Assembly: GCA_965153285.1 (NCBI GenBank)
Contig: OZ229110.1
Direction: 5' to 3' (one strand)
DNA: 64,000 bases
DNA from: Podarcis tiliguerta
Lineage: Eukaryota
The position numbers and the translations under genes are program-made. The notes beneath the pieces were generated by a model, which was given only the letters and a program-made list of their open reading frames with translations, had not been told where the DNA came from and made no database searches. Each line of letters starts with the position of its first letter. Position 1 is the stretch's first letter. This document shows, piece by piece, positions 49,311-62,758 of the stretch.

Positions 49311-51689
49311 CCTGGGCCACTTCACATTGATAAGGTAAACTCAACCCTGAAACTGCCAAAATTATTGTAGTAATTGGTAGTTATAGAGTTAAATATTATC
49401 TCCAATTATTATGTTTTGTAGATAAGAACAAACTAAAAGGTGGATTCTTATGTACAATCATCTTTATTTTCCTATGTTGTTGTGCCTTAGCCTATTCACC
49501 AGTAAGCAACCTCACGCTCTGGGCCTACGAAACCTTACTTTATATTAAATAAATAAGAACATAGCCATTATGAAGAGATATTGAAGATTCTAAAACTCTT
49601 CAAATGAGGTAGAAAAATTGCACTCTCTTTTGCAAGGAGAGACAACATTTGGGAAATTGGAAAAGAGCGTTTGTGGGGGTTGAGGGCTGCAACTGGGAAG
49701 AAGAATCAGCTAACACACACACAGTCACACAGTGTGTGTGTGCAGAAATGCTTCTTCTTTGTGTGTGTGGATCTTTAGATGCAAGCCTTTAGAGATGGTA
49801 ATGATTTGCTGGAGCACTTTCAGCAGTGAATATGGCGACCAAGGATGTGGCTGTTAAATCAGGCAGACTTTGAGAGGAATCAAATGAGTCTTTGTATGCT
49901 CTTGAACTGGATTATCGGGTGGGCTTTTCACACATTCTTGTGTCTAACTCATATGCTTCCATGGCTCTTCAGAGTATTTACGTACATATTGCTGACAATA
50001 TTGTATCTGACAGAGAAATGTGTTTATAAATTGGGTGTTTATGGGGAAATATGGAATCTCTGCAGCTAGTGGTATTGTTGAGTCTTAAACAATAAACTGT
50101 TCCTCTAAGAAACAAAGCTACAGAGACACTTGTTTAAGGGAGCCATTTCAAAATATTATTTGTAATTTTCATCTCCTTTAATTTCGAGTTGCATTGAAAA
50201 AAGAGTTTCCTTCCTTTTAAAATGTGTTTTTCTTTTCCCCTAGCCTGTGATATCATTGTCCTCAGCATGGAATTGGTGTATCATCAGCAACAAGACCAAA
50301 GCAAATACAATGTCAGTAAAAGACAAAGGAAGAAACTATGCTACTGCAACTACTAATGGTGGGCTTTGCCCCCAACAAATTGTTGGAGAATTTCCACACC
50401 CCTGAAGAATCTTCATGAAATGAGTTTCATACAAATAAGGTAGAGAATTTTGATAGGCCATTTGCTCGCAGCTCTATGTACCTGTACACTTACAGCTTTC
50501 TCTCAAGCAACAGCAATTGACAGCATGATGGGGTGCTGCTACTCACCTGCTCTACAGTCAGTTGTGTTGCTGCTGCTTAGTGGAAGGTAGAGAGGGAGGG
50601 ACGGAGGGAGGAACCATCAGCAAGGTCAGCATGGTGCAAACTCGTGGGCAGTGTCAATGTTGTGCTCTTGACGTGATGCTTGAACGGCACCAACCTCACC
50701 ACCACCTTACCCTCTCCCCCAATCTACTGTACCTTCCAGTTTGTAGCAGTGACATGGCCAGGTGAGAAACACCACCTCAACACGCCTTCTGCTAGAATAC
50801 CCATTCTGTGTGTTTTCAGCCAAGAGGGCAGTTCACAGCACAAGCCCTTTTTGAACTCATTCTCACCTCCTGGATGTTCAGGTTATGTGATAATAAAAAT
50901 AATTAATATCAAACGAAGATTTTTTAAAAGGAATGTTGACAGCCCAATACAGAAACAAGTTTGTGTGTCATTGGAGGGGTGAGGGAGAAATGAGTCAAAT
51001 TCACCCAGAAAAGGGTGCTCCAACCCCTGTTTGTAGAAGCATTTGGAGACAAACTTCTTCAAATAAAATTAATCAGCACAGAGAGAAAGACAAACAGTGG
51101 CAAGTGCAGAGAAGAGAAGCCCAGCTACAGCTTAGGAAAAGTTACTTTTTGATTAGAACATTTTTGAGGGTTGAAATCATTTGACTTCAAGCTCTTTTCC
51201 ATTGTCTGCACTTTTATTTCCCAGGATATAAATCCATTTTGTAATTACTCCACTAGTCTTATCTCAGAAACTTTGCCTGACACACCATTCCATATGTTTA
51301 TGATTCTCTGAATGAAAAAGTGCTCCCTGACAACCGTTCAGATTTTTCCTTTAATTTCCATTTATGCCTTATTGTCTTAGAATGTTGAACTGGAAATATA
51401 TGTTGCAATATTGTGTGACATTATCTGTATTACTTAAGATTTTATATACCCATACATCAACCAAACATCAGATAAATCTCGTGGTTGCTCTTTTTTTCCT
51501 CCCTTCATCTTCTTTTCTACTGCTCTGTAGGTAATAGATTCAATTTAGTCTCTGTGACAAGTTAACTTTAAGGGTTTCTCACAAAACTAGGAGAGAATAC
51601 ATCTACATTTGGGTTTGAATTATTCAGAAATGGCTCCAAGTATCCCCCCCCCCCCCATTGTAGAGTAGGAAAAATAAGTTGGATTTAAT

Positions 51690-52560
51690 AAAACTCTCAT
51701 TTGCTTATAAAATTATTTGTAAATTAATCAATATTTATGATTATTAACAGAGATCAGTCGGTAAATTATAATCAAACCAATACAATTTTACAGTTTACAG
51801 ATTTGCAAATTACAGCCCAATCCACAACCCTGAGAAATGTAGCTTAATTGTATCATAAAGCACAGTAGCTGATCTGATTAAAATCCAAGAATTTTGGATT
51901 AGATGTTCTGCGAAGTGGAGGTTACTACTGCGGCACAATAATGGCCCAATCTTTTAGCAGCTGCTACCTGCCTGTGCAGGACTAATTAATGCCAGTTAAG
52001 ATGCATGCCATGAGTATGAGGTGCACTTCAGTGTAGCTAGTTTCAGAATAAAGATCTAGAGAATTCCAACATGCACCTCAATTAGGCAAACAGAATTAAA
52101 TTCCAATGAAATAATGTTTTTGTGATTAGGGTGTTAAGCAATTACCCAGCTACACACACACACACACACACACCTATTTGTGATCCTGCAATCTGATTTC
52201 TAAATACTTATGGTTATGTTCAGAGATGAAGCAGAGCATTTCCCCACCTTATTTATCATACACCGGCACAGAAACAAAATCAGTCTTCCGAAGATTCTGA
52301 TTACTTGTGAGCAAGTTTCTTGTCAGCAGTTTTCAAACTGTACAATGGAATTAATCTTCTGCAAGGTGGAGGCACAGTCTATCAGCTAGGCATCTCTCTC
52401 TACCCTTCTCCCACACCCCTATTTAGCTTCTCGCAGAATATATGGTTGTGATAAATTAGCAGGAGTTGGAGGTGCAACCATTTCAATTCTGTTTTCATTC
52501 TGCACTGTCAGAAGAAAACGACACTAATTGTTTTGTGTTGCTCAGGTGAAACAAATGGAG
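51690..52560. promoter_or_regulatory. Candidate enhancer/CNE-like unique block
   Basis: Very dense TAAT/ATTA/TGAT cores (TAAATTAATCAAT, CTAATTAATG, CTGATTAA, CTAATTG) inside a TE-poor stretch. Inference only. Confidence 0.3.
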
Positions 52561-54854
52561 CTTTAGGGGAGGGGGGAAATTAAATATCAACATGTACCTT
52601 TGTAAGTCCCAATTTTACTGCTGTTTATTTGATTAAATTTGAAAATATTAACCCCAGTCCAGAAACCAGGAAACTGGAAAAAAAAAATGACATTTATAAA
52701 TTTTATTTCTGGAAATATCACTGAAATGCTTTAATCTAGAGCTACAACGTATTTAATAAGGCTGTGCAACTGATTTTTCCTAATCTTGAATGGAATTCAG
52801 CTGATTCGTACTGATCTGTACCAAATCTGGATTGGGTTGAAGCAACTACAAATTGCTAGAGTTGGGTGGATACAAACTGATTTGTAGCAATTTGTGTTGA
52901 TCTGGAGCTCAAAATGTTCTCTGAAAAAGCCAGACATACCATCACCAAAGCATTTAATTTATTGATTATAACACCATATAAGGAGAACACCAGGGCTAGG
53001 GAATAGGGAGGCTCATTGGCAATTCTAGCTTCCAATTCAGGGTTTACAATCTCACCCAACACACTCAGTGCTTGGGGAGAAGGAAGTTCACATTGCTATC
53101 ACTCTTTTGTAAACACTATCTCTTAGAAAGAGTTTGGTGGCATTTGTTCGGCTTCTGTTTTGTTTCCTTCACAGTACTCTGACAAGTACTTTATACCTGT
53201 TTGCTATCCATCCCTTCCTAATCAATCCCAATCCCATCTTTATACAAATATAATAATAGGTTTTTTTCCGGGTCCTAATCTTAGTTACTTAGGAAATGTC
53301 ACTTTCCTTATGTCCTGCTCCCATTTTGGCCCTAGTTTTTAAGGTTTGGTTTGTATTTTATTTACAGGTGTGTTCTGTTTTCTGTGTTGGTCTTTATTAG
53401 TATGTGTGTTTGTGTGTTTGTTTGTTTGTTTGTTTGTGTGTGTGGTAAGTATTATGAGTACATTGTGCATAGTCAGTGCACAAGCAGCACACATACGGGG
53501 TAATATTACATGTATCAGTCTTTTTTAAAAAATCTTTTTTGGGGGGAAAAGCAAACTTTTAAGGTGGCTGGCATAAAAATCTCTTGATTGACCTGTCTGA
53601 AATTTGCCAAGATAAATCCTGCCTTGAGGGGCTATCATGTCTCCAAATTTCATGCACCATTTGAAAAAGCAAAAAAGTTGTGTACATTTTGGTTTCCCAG
53701 TGCAAGTGAATAGGATTACAAGATTTGCATTTCTGGATCAAGTCCAGATTGATTCAAACTAAACTGGAGCCAGATCTGGATTGTCACATTGGATAGGTGT
53801 GTGTGGATTACACGGCCCTCATATTGAACCAGTTGCTGACTTGATTTGCTCACATACCAAAACCTCACTGTCAGATATGATAATCATATCACCACAATGC
53901 AAATTTTCTTTCATTTACAGCACAAACTGCACATTCCAACCACATATGAACTATAATGAATCAGAATTTGACATTGTGAATGGAGAACAAAATGAATTGG
54001 AGCCACACCTATCCATGCATTGAGTAGACCCACTGAAATCAACTGGACTTAGGTAAGTCATAAGTAGGTCGGTGCTTCACTTTGGCTGATCGTGCTAACA
54101 TAGTGCAATGCAAAATAGTGAAGCCATGAGAACTCACTCAGCTGTGCATAATAGAGGCATAGTTAAAAACACAATTAAAAATTAAAAAGTGGCTTGATCT
54201 GAAAATATTATATATGTATTCATCCACTTCAAATCAGTTTCCTTATTCTTTTTGCCATTAATCTTCAGTATCACACTCAAAACAGGTGTTTCAACAGCCC
54301 ATTAATTGCTTATAAATCTACCCGTGCTTCTTTCCAAAGTGCAGAGCAGTAGGAGAAAGTCATCACTGTTTCTTTGTTTCATTCAAAGCTGGAACCCAAC
54401 TGGCTGGGAAGCGAGTTTCATTGAACTGTGTAAACCATATTGGACTGTTAGTGAGTTCAGTGAAGGATTGGAAAGTTGACCTTGGGTCCCATTGCTTAAA
54501 CCTCACTAGAAGAAGCTTCTATACACATTGGCTAACATCTTCAACATCCTTTAGTTTCTGTGTTTACTCCCGCTGAAGGCCAGTTTATTATTATTCAGTA
54601 GCGAATGCCCCAATCCTAAAGAATGCCAGTAAAGTGTGGTGGTTAAAGAGTTCGGAAATAAGCCTCATTGATGTAATTTTATGTGGTGGACTGCCCTGAG
54701 ATCTACAGATGAATACAAATTTAAGAAATGATAATTACAATAAAAACTGAATGGTCTATCTTCTGTTTGTGACAAACATCACAGTTGTTTCAGCAGAACT
54801 TACTTAAGGTAAAGACGCTTGGCATTGCTGCATAATTTGGCATGGGAAAGAGTT

Positions 54855-55143
54855 GGCCAAATTCACATCATACATTTAAATCACTCTTATACCACTCTGT
54901 CATGACCTCCCTGAAGGAACCCTGGGACCTGTAGTTTGTTATGGATTCTAAGAGTGGCTATTTCCCTCACAGAGCTACAATTCCCAGATTTCCCGGGGAA
55001 GAGTGATTGTTGAACCACTCTGACAACTGTATCTCTGTGAGGGGGGTATGGGGTCTCCTAACCGCTCTCAGCAACCTTAACAAACTACAGTTCCCAAGAT
55101 TCTTTAGGGGAAGCCATAACTGTTTAAGGTGCTAGATTTGGCC
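54855..55143. mobile_element. Near-complete long palindromic MITE (Harbinger-like)
   Basis: Termini GGCCAAATTCA / TAGATTTGGCC. Internal inverted arms CTGTAGTTTGTTA/TAACAAACTACAG and CCCTCACAGAGCTACA/TGTATCTCTGTGAGGG. Confidence 0.8.
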
Positions 55144-57868
55144 CATGTCTACTTAACAGCCAGAAACTAGTTTGCTGAGCTGCTTCTCAATCTTAGCACA
55201 TCTGCGTCGAACTTGTAATTAGAGAAATGAAAATCTTCATCTATAGCTGTTCTCATCAAGGGAATGTCTTGGGAATAAGAATTGTAATCTGAGACTTGTC
55301 CTGGAGCCTCACAGTGCATCTTTGCAGTAGCTTTGTAAAATGGGGTGGAAGGCAAAATAGTCACAAGGAAGGTATGACTGATTCCCCCAAAGCTATGAAT
55401 CAAATTACTGATAGACTCAAGAGATTAACTGGGATGGATACTCCACCTCCATACTCCCAAAGATATGTCCATTAGATCACCGTGTTTCTCGAGAGACAAG
55501 CCTCAGCAAGACGGAGAGGCATGCACCAAAGTAAGCAATATTTTAAACAAGGTCTTGCCTGAAGTCATATTTGTAGAAAGGTGAAGTATTTGTTCATTTA
55601 TCAGTGTTTGGTTACTCATCTGGCTGGCTTGATCTTTTTTCTTTGTGTGCAGATAGAATTTCAAAAAGAGCTAAATCATTCTCTTTGAAATCTGGCATAA
55701 TTTGCTCCAAGGCTGAAATTTTACTTGACTAGTTCCGGCTCAGGGACCTAACATGAAAATCCTGGAACAACTTTAATTTCAGAAGCATAATAAACTGGCT
55801 TTTCCTGAACTTTGTGACCTCATTATTTCCAACTAGTTTAGTTTGTGCTCTCCTCCTTTTCTTTTCCCTCCTGGAATTTAAACTATTTGGGGCTATTTTC
55901 ATAGTTAACTGAAATGAAGTTTTGAATGTAGATTAAGAAACAATAAGAGCTCAGCCCTGCCTCCCAGCAATGTGTCAGCATCTCTCATAAATTTCTGTAT
56001 ATATATATATGTTTTTATATATGTATGTTTATAAGGTACTGGTAAAATGTTAATGCACATGCAGTATGTAATATGATATAAGGGAGATCCACTGTGAGTC
56101 TACCTACAGCCTACTCACATACTCATAATGAAGAAATGGGACTTTTAGGTTGTGCTTAAATGCTTCTTGTTTCTGCTGCTGTTGTTGTTGTTATCATTAT
56201 TACTATTTTATTTACAAACCACCTTTTACCCATGCCTCATGTTGATTTACAAGCATGCCATAAAAGCAGGATAAAAATAGTTCTTAAAAACCAGTACAAA
56301 ACAATAACTGAATATGATAATGGAGACCTTTTCCTCCAGCTGGAAAAGCTCAGCCTCATCTAAAAATCCTGACTCTGCACCCACAAACTGAACCTAATCC
56401 AAGGCTTGGTGTAATGCCAGGGCCTCTAGCTCATCCTCTGATGAGGAATCCCCTGGCTAAGACATGACATAGGAACCTTCAAACATCTCAAACAGAAGGT
56501 ATTTCCTAGCTCTGTTGCCTGAGATCCCCACCCCCATAACACACACTTTCCCCCTAGATTTGCCATAGATAAACTTGGACCTTTTAGATAAAAAGCATGT
56601 ACTGTGCAGCTGACCTATAATTCATCCCCCATCCATGGAGATCAGCTATGCTGTTCACAATGCCTAGTAATAATAATAAGAATTAGTGAAGTGCTGCTAT
56701 TTTAAGCCCCAGCGTGCTTTGTGATATGGAGACCTAAAAAGTAACAACGTTCTACTCAGATAGCTTACAGTCTACATAAAATGGTCGTGAGAAAGATGGT
56801 GATTAAAGTAATAAACGAAATGAATAAAAGAGCGTGCGGGATGATTTGACAATGAAGGATCAGGGATGAAGTCTGGAGAGTTGATGACGGCGGCCAACAT
56901 AGCAACAGTATCTTAAATCCTTTGCATGGAAAGGAAGTTTTTGGAAGAGGGGTTGTAAAGCAGAGGGGTAGATGGTGTGATGAACAGAGAAACAATATGG
57001 CGGAGGCAACAATGGTAAATCATAAGAGAATACCTGCTGGACAGGCTACGTGTCTAATCATCCCTGCCCTTTGGCCACAGTGCCTCTGGCTGATGGGAAT
57101 TGGGAGTCCAACAACATCTAGAGAGCCACCAGTTCTCTAGCCACAGCTTAAATGAAAAGAGTAGACACTTGACCAGAAAGCAAGCAGGTGGAAGCAGATA
57201 GCAAGGGTGATTTGCAATCAATTGTAAAGAAAGGGACTTTTAGCAAAAGCAGAGGTATTCAAAACAGTTTGGATGCAGGCAAACAAGAGGAGGAGGATAA
57301 GATAAGGGAAGAGGCAAATTTGTAGACTGTCTCCTCTCTTATTTTGCATTTTAACAAGAAAATAGCTGTAGCTGACCACCTAAAGAAGAATGATACTCAC
57401 AGTGAAGAAGCACAATCGCTGACCTTATCCATTTTATTTCCTCATTTGGTCATGCTCCCATTTGTTTTGGCCCTATCTACTACTGGAATGCATCCCTGGG
57501 AAAACTGGTCACCAGGGAATGCAGCCTTCAGTCTGAAAAAAGTTCCCCACTCCTGGACTAAGCCTATTCAATGTCTCCTTTTTCACTCTTAAGCCATAGA
57601 TGCATATCCTTAGCTTAGCAGTTCTTTTGCCTTATAGTTCAGTAACACCAAGTATTGTTTTAAGGTACGATAAATACATAGTCTACCACATCTGAATAGC
57701 AACTTGAAACCCAGAAGCTGTCCTATACTACATGTGAGAATTTTTTTTATTTATTCATTTATGTATCACTTAATACCAAAATAGGCTTCTATGTGGTTTG
57801 CAAAGAATGAAACCAGACCCGTTGTGGAATAGCACAAATTGTTGAGGAAGACAAAAAATTCAGATGTA

Positions 57869-58033
57869 CCGTATTTTTTCGTCTATAAGACGCTCTCATG
57901 TATAAGATGCCCCCTATTTGGAGGGACTCCGATTTAAGAAAATGGGGGGATATGCATCTGTGTATAAGACGCCCCAAAATCGTTGACATTTTTTTAAAGG
58001 AAAAAACCTAGTCTTATACACGGAAAAATACGG
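57869..58033. mobile_element. Tc1/mariner (Tc2/pogo-like) MITE
   Basis: TA|CCGTATTTTTTCGTCTATAAGAC ... GTCTTATACACGGAAAAATACGG|TA; 23-bp TIR with 2 mismatches. Confidence 0.9.
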
Positions 58034-59713
58034 TAAGTCATAATAATCTAAGATTCCTACTGACTTTTCTTACATACTATTTTATGATAGCAGAAAGCAA
58101 TAGCATCACTTATACTGATGGCAATTTACTTAACATTAGGATTCATACAAAATGTGAGGGGTTGGTTACGGTATTTCCATCTCATTCGCACTAGCTATTA
58201 ACCTCTTCCAACTACATGGTAGGGGTGAGGAGTTCTTCAGGGACACAAAGGACATGTTGGATGTAGAATGCAATTTCTTTAACCATGCAATCCCATGTAT
58301 GCCTACTCAGAAGTGAGACCCACTGATTTCAATTGGATGCTAGAGGCCAGATTATAACAGCGTATTAATTCCTAACATATAAAAGTACTGGGTAAATAAA
58401 TGTTTTTCAAAAAGACATCAGACTGAGGGAGTTTTCTATAGAAGAACATTTCAGAACTGAAGTGCTGCAGTGGACAAGGGAATGTCACAGGTTACCCCCC
58501 AAAAAGGCTTTATCTAAGTAGTCCCTTCCCCCAAAAAGGGGAGACCTGGGGAAGATCTTAGCTGGAGCATGCTTGTGTTGGTGGAGCCAGTTGTTGGTTG
58601 CATCCCATTCCACTTATAAGTTAAAACCAGCATCCTGAACTGGGCTGGGAAATGGCCTTCCAGTTCATAGATGCTGTGGTATAGAGGAAGACTTCAGCCT
58701 TTCAAGAGTCGTCTTGTGTTCTTATGTCAACTTCTATCCCCTCAGCATGCAGTAGCTAGGGAGGAAGAGAATCAAACCATTAGGAATATTGAAAGTTCAC
58801 CCCTGTTAAAATAAATCTGAAAGATTAAATCTCTGTTACAACCTACTTTTGCTGCCATACACGAGGCCCCCGTTTACTTACATCCTAAGCAGCAGACATA
58901 CATGCCTGTACCGTATTACCATAAGAACCTCTGTTGCATTGCAATGAAGCAGTGATACACTGGGAAGTGATAGTTTATACACCACCTTTCTTTCCCACTG
59001 GAAACAGCGTTATTATTATTATTATCATTATTACTATTTCAGTTTATGAATGTGAGAAGAAATGGCAAAAACCACAGCAGAACATGGTTTGAGCAGCAGT
59101 AATACAGTTGTCTAGGTAACTGGAGGAGCAGTTAAGTCATCTCGAGAATATAACTGCAGTCATCAAGGTCATGTGCTAAGAACTTGACGGGGAAAGGGCG
59201 GGGGGAGATGCAGAAACGGTGTGTAAAATGGTTCTTATTCTAAATGCAGAGATACGTGGATTCCACTGTCTCGGTTGCTGTTTTCAAATCTGTGTTCCTT
59301 GGATTGAAGTTGCACATATACCGGTAGGTTAAAAAGAAGAGGGCAGTGTTATTCTTCTACTATCACCAGCACTCTTAACCCAGCCCAAAAAGTATAAAAT
59401 TGAAGATGATCTGGTTCACATTAAAGAGTGAACTCAAATCAGGTCAGGGTGCTTCAGTTGCAGAACGGCAATCAATTAGTTTATCATTAATCAGATAATT
59501 TTTGGTTTCTTGAATAACATGAAATGAAAAGTAGAAATAACTTGCAGTATCATTTTCAGGAACCATCTCTCAGCTTTATAAACTAATCCTTCTCTAATGG
59601 CCCTTTTTAATATAATTTATAGGTTCGTCATTACCCTTTTTGTATTAGTAATTATTTCTAAAATACCAGAGAACCATCTTTTTTCCCAGGGTTCTTCTAT
59701 GTGCCTGATTTAC

Positions 59714-60369
59714 NNNNNNNNNNNNNNNNNNNNNNNNNNNNNNNNNNNNNNNNNNNNNNNNNNNNNNNNNNNNNNNNNNNNNNNNNNNNNNNNNNNNNNN
59801 NNNNNNNNNNNNNNNNNNNNNNNNNNNNNNNNNNNNNNNNNNNNNATCAACTTTGGCTTTATTATTTCCACTATTTATCTGTTCAGCACATTAAAAAAAA
59901 ATTAAAATTAGAAAATGACACAGCGCATTGTGTGAACTAGAACAATTGCATATTTTTTAAAAACACAAGGCACCCTTGATGCAGTGGCTAAGAAACTGTT
60001 CCAAGNNNNNNNNNNNNNNNNNNNNNNNNNNNNNNNNNNNNNNNNNNNNNNNNNNNNNNNNNNNNNNNNNNNNNNNNNNNNNNNNNNNNNNNNNNNNNNN
60101 NNNNNNNNNNNNNNNNNNNNNNNNNNNNNNNNNNNNNNNNNNNNNNNNNNNNNNNNNNNNNNNNNNNNNNNNNNNNNNNNNNNNNNNNNNNNNNNNNNNN
60201 NNNNNNNNNNNNNNNNNNNNNNNNNNNNNNNNNNNNNNNNNNNNNNNNNNNNNNNNNNNNNNNNNNNNNNNNNNNNNNNNNNNNNNNNNNNNNNNNNNNN
60301 NNNNNNNNNNNNNNNNNNNNNNNNNNNNNNNNNNNNNNNNNNNNNNNNNNNNNNNNNNNNNNNNNNNNN
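59714..60369. other. N-masked cluster D (59714-59845, 60006-60369); candidate conserved non-coding element(s)
   Basis: N-runs of 132 and 364 bp in a ~3-kb TE-free AT-rich block; spacer contains AACAAT; flanks rich in TAAT/ATTA. Confidence 0.55.
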
Positions 60370-61974
60370 AAAGGACTGTATCGGGATGATAGAAATATCC
60401 AAATACCTAACATTGCATTATAAATTTAATCAGCTGCTTACGATTGTGAATATGCTGCCTCGCATTTCACTGCATTTTGCAATGCCTTATATTAATTAAT
60501 AACAGATTAACTATTCCAGATTTGGGTCTCCAGCCTTCCAATACACCTCTTGCATTAATGAGATAAGGTTAAGATAATATAACCGAATTACTGAAATAAA
60601 ACACCGAAGAAGCTCTAAAGATATTATTGCATATTAAGTCTCACATTTTATTACTATATCAACCCCTCAGTCCCATGGCCATGTGCCATGCATCAGCATT
60701 TAACCTATTCTAATAAAGTCCTTGCTGTAGAAAGAAGGTGCTCTGCAACTGAACACACACACATATATAGGATAGTGATTTGTCATATTCATGTAGACAC
60801 ACAGCAAATACGACATAGAACTAAAATTGGACATGAATATGGCAGAAGGACACAATTGCATCTGGCTTAAAGCTATGCTGAAACGAGCAATATTATACTC
60901 CTTTTGTATGCAGGATACACAGCATGCTAACAGGATGCTTTCATTTTATTGATGACACATGAAAAACAATGATCTGTACACATGGGCCCAATATTTATCT
61001 GCAGTATTTTTCAATTACATTACTGTCATTTTCCAGGGTGTTGTTATACTCTTCCCTTGCCCACTGGAGATGTGCAGGAATTGTTGTTCCCCCTGTAGGG
61101 GCATAGAACATGCCATCCAGTTCCGGGCTAAGCATTTGTAGCAGGAACCGCTAAAAGGAAATACAACAACAGGGATGGCAAGCACAGCCACAACAGGGAG
61201 TGACTAGTTAGCTCTGGAAGCTGCAGTAGTATTCCTTCCCATCTAACATCATTCTTTGTTTCTTTTCTTTGTTAATTTTTCAAGTATATAGAGATGAACA
61301 CACACACTTTCGAGAGAGGGAAGGTAATGGATGTAGATGGGAGACTCTGTTCTTCCATTTCTTGCTGCTGTCACTTTAACCGGGGTGGGGGGTGGGGAGA
61401 GAGAGCTCAAATCCCAACCAAGGGCGTATATTTTGTTGATAACAATCACAGCATTTCAGAGATAAGATTACTTTGTATGAATAAGTATGTTTTGTTTTCA
61501 CTATCAGTAAACATCTCTTTTTCACTCCGCTATATTTCACCCTTGGGAACCGAGTAAAAAATCATTCATTTCAGAGAACAGGAAAGGGAACTCTTCAACC
61601 TAGTTAAGCTGCACAACATAATTGGCTGCGAGCGAAGGGCATTTTCACAGATGACACTAAAAGCACTTTCCCCATCTCCCGCACCTGAAATTAAGATGTG
61701 AAGCCCATGTTGGCTAAAATTAACCTCCTGTTTAAAAACGGGACTCTTCTTCTTTCTGACCCACGTTAATTATATTCACTTATGGACACAAATAGTGCAG
61801 TCTCAGTGACACTTTTAGCGTTAGGTGTAGAAAAAGCCAAACACCTTATCTGATCTGAACATGTCGCATTCTAGAAGGCTGTAATCCTATAGTCTTAAAA
61901 TTAATTCCCATTGATTTCATTGGAACTTTGCCCTAACTTGCGATTTCTTTTATTTCTTTTTGCTTGTTTGATTG

Positions 61975-62112
61975 TTTTATATCCTCCAAGTTGCTGAGTG
62001 TGGCATATGTGGGGGGGGGGTCCCCTTCTCTATTTTATCCTGTCCTCACAACAACCCTGTGAGGTAGGTTAGGCTAAAAGACAGCAAGTGGCCCAAGGTC
62101 ACCAAAGGAGCT
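61975..62112 (-). mobile_element. CORE (MIR-like) SINE fragment
   Basis: CCTCACAACAACCCTGTGAGGTAGGTTAGGCT...GGCCCAAGGTCACC, as at 20836-20897. Confidence 0.75.
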
Positions 62113-62171
62113 GTGGTTTTCTGCTTCGAGATTATTGCTTCACATCGTACCCTGAATTGGAAGGGGGTAGG

Positions 62172-62758
62172 AATGGGAGTGCCTGATCACCTCATCTGTC
62201 TCCTGAGAAATCTCTATGTGGGACAAAAAGCTACAGTTAGAACTGGATATGGAACAACTGATTAGTTCAAAATTGGGAAAGGAGTACGACAAGGCTGTAT
62301 GTTTATTGTCTTCCTGCTTATTTAACTTTTATACAGAATGCATCATGCAAAAGGCTGGGCTAGATGAATCCCTAGCCGGAATTAAGATTGTCAGAAGAAA
62401 TATCAACAACCTCAGATATGCAGATGACACAACCTTGATGGCAGAAAGTAAGGAGGAATTAAAAAACCTTTTAATGAGGGTGAAAGAAGGACACTGGAAG
62501 GACAGATCCTGAAGCTAAGGCTCCAATACTTTGGCCACCTCATGAGAAGAGAAGACTTCCTGGAAAAGACCCTGATGTTGGGAAAGATGGAGGGCACAAG
62601 GAGAAGGGGACAACAGAGGACGAGATGGTTGGACAGTGTTCTTGAAGCTACTAACATGAGTTTGACCAAACTGTGGGAGGCAGTGGAAGACAGAAGTGCC
62701 TGGCATGCTCTGGTCCATGGGGTCACAAAGAGTCGGACACAACTAAGCAACAACAACA
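62172..62758 (+). mobile_element. 5'-truncated, internally deleted BovB LINE
   Basis: MGVPDHLICLLRNLYVGQ...NINNLRYADDTTLMAE...LMRVKE joined to LEGQILKLRLQYFGHLMRREDFLEKTLMLGK; ends GAGTCGGACACAACTAAG(CAA)n. Confidence 0.93.

Noticed and set aside
7688-60499. Long ORFs spanning the N-runs (e.g. 7701-8204, 10501-11019, 26247-26720, 59984-60499)
   Set aside because: They are open only because N codons translate as X; the flanking residues resemble no protein I recognise.
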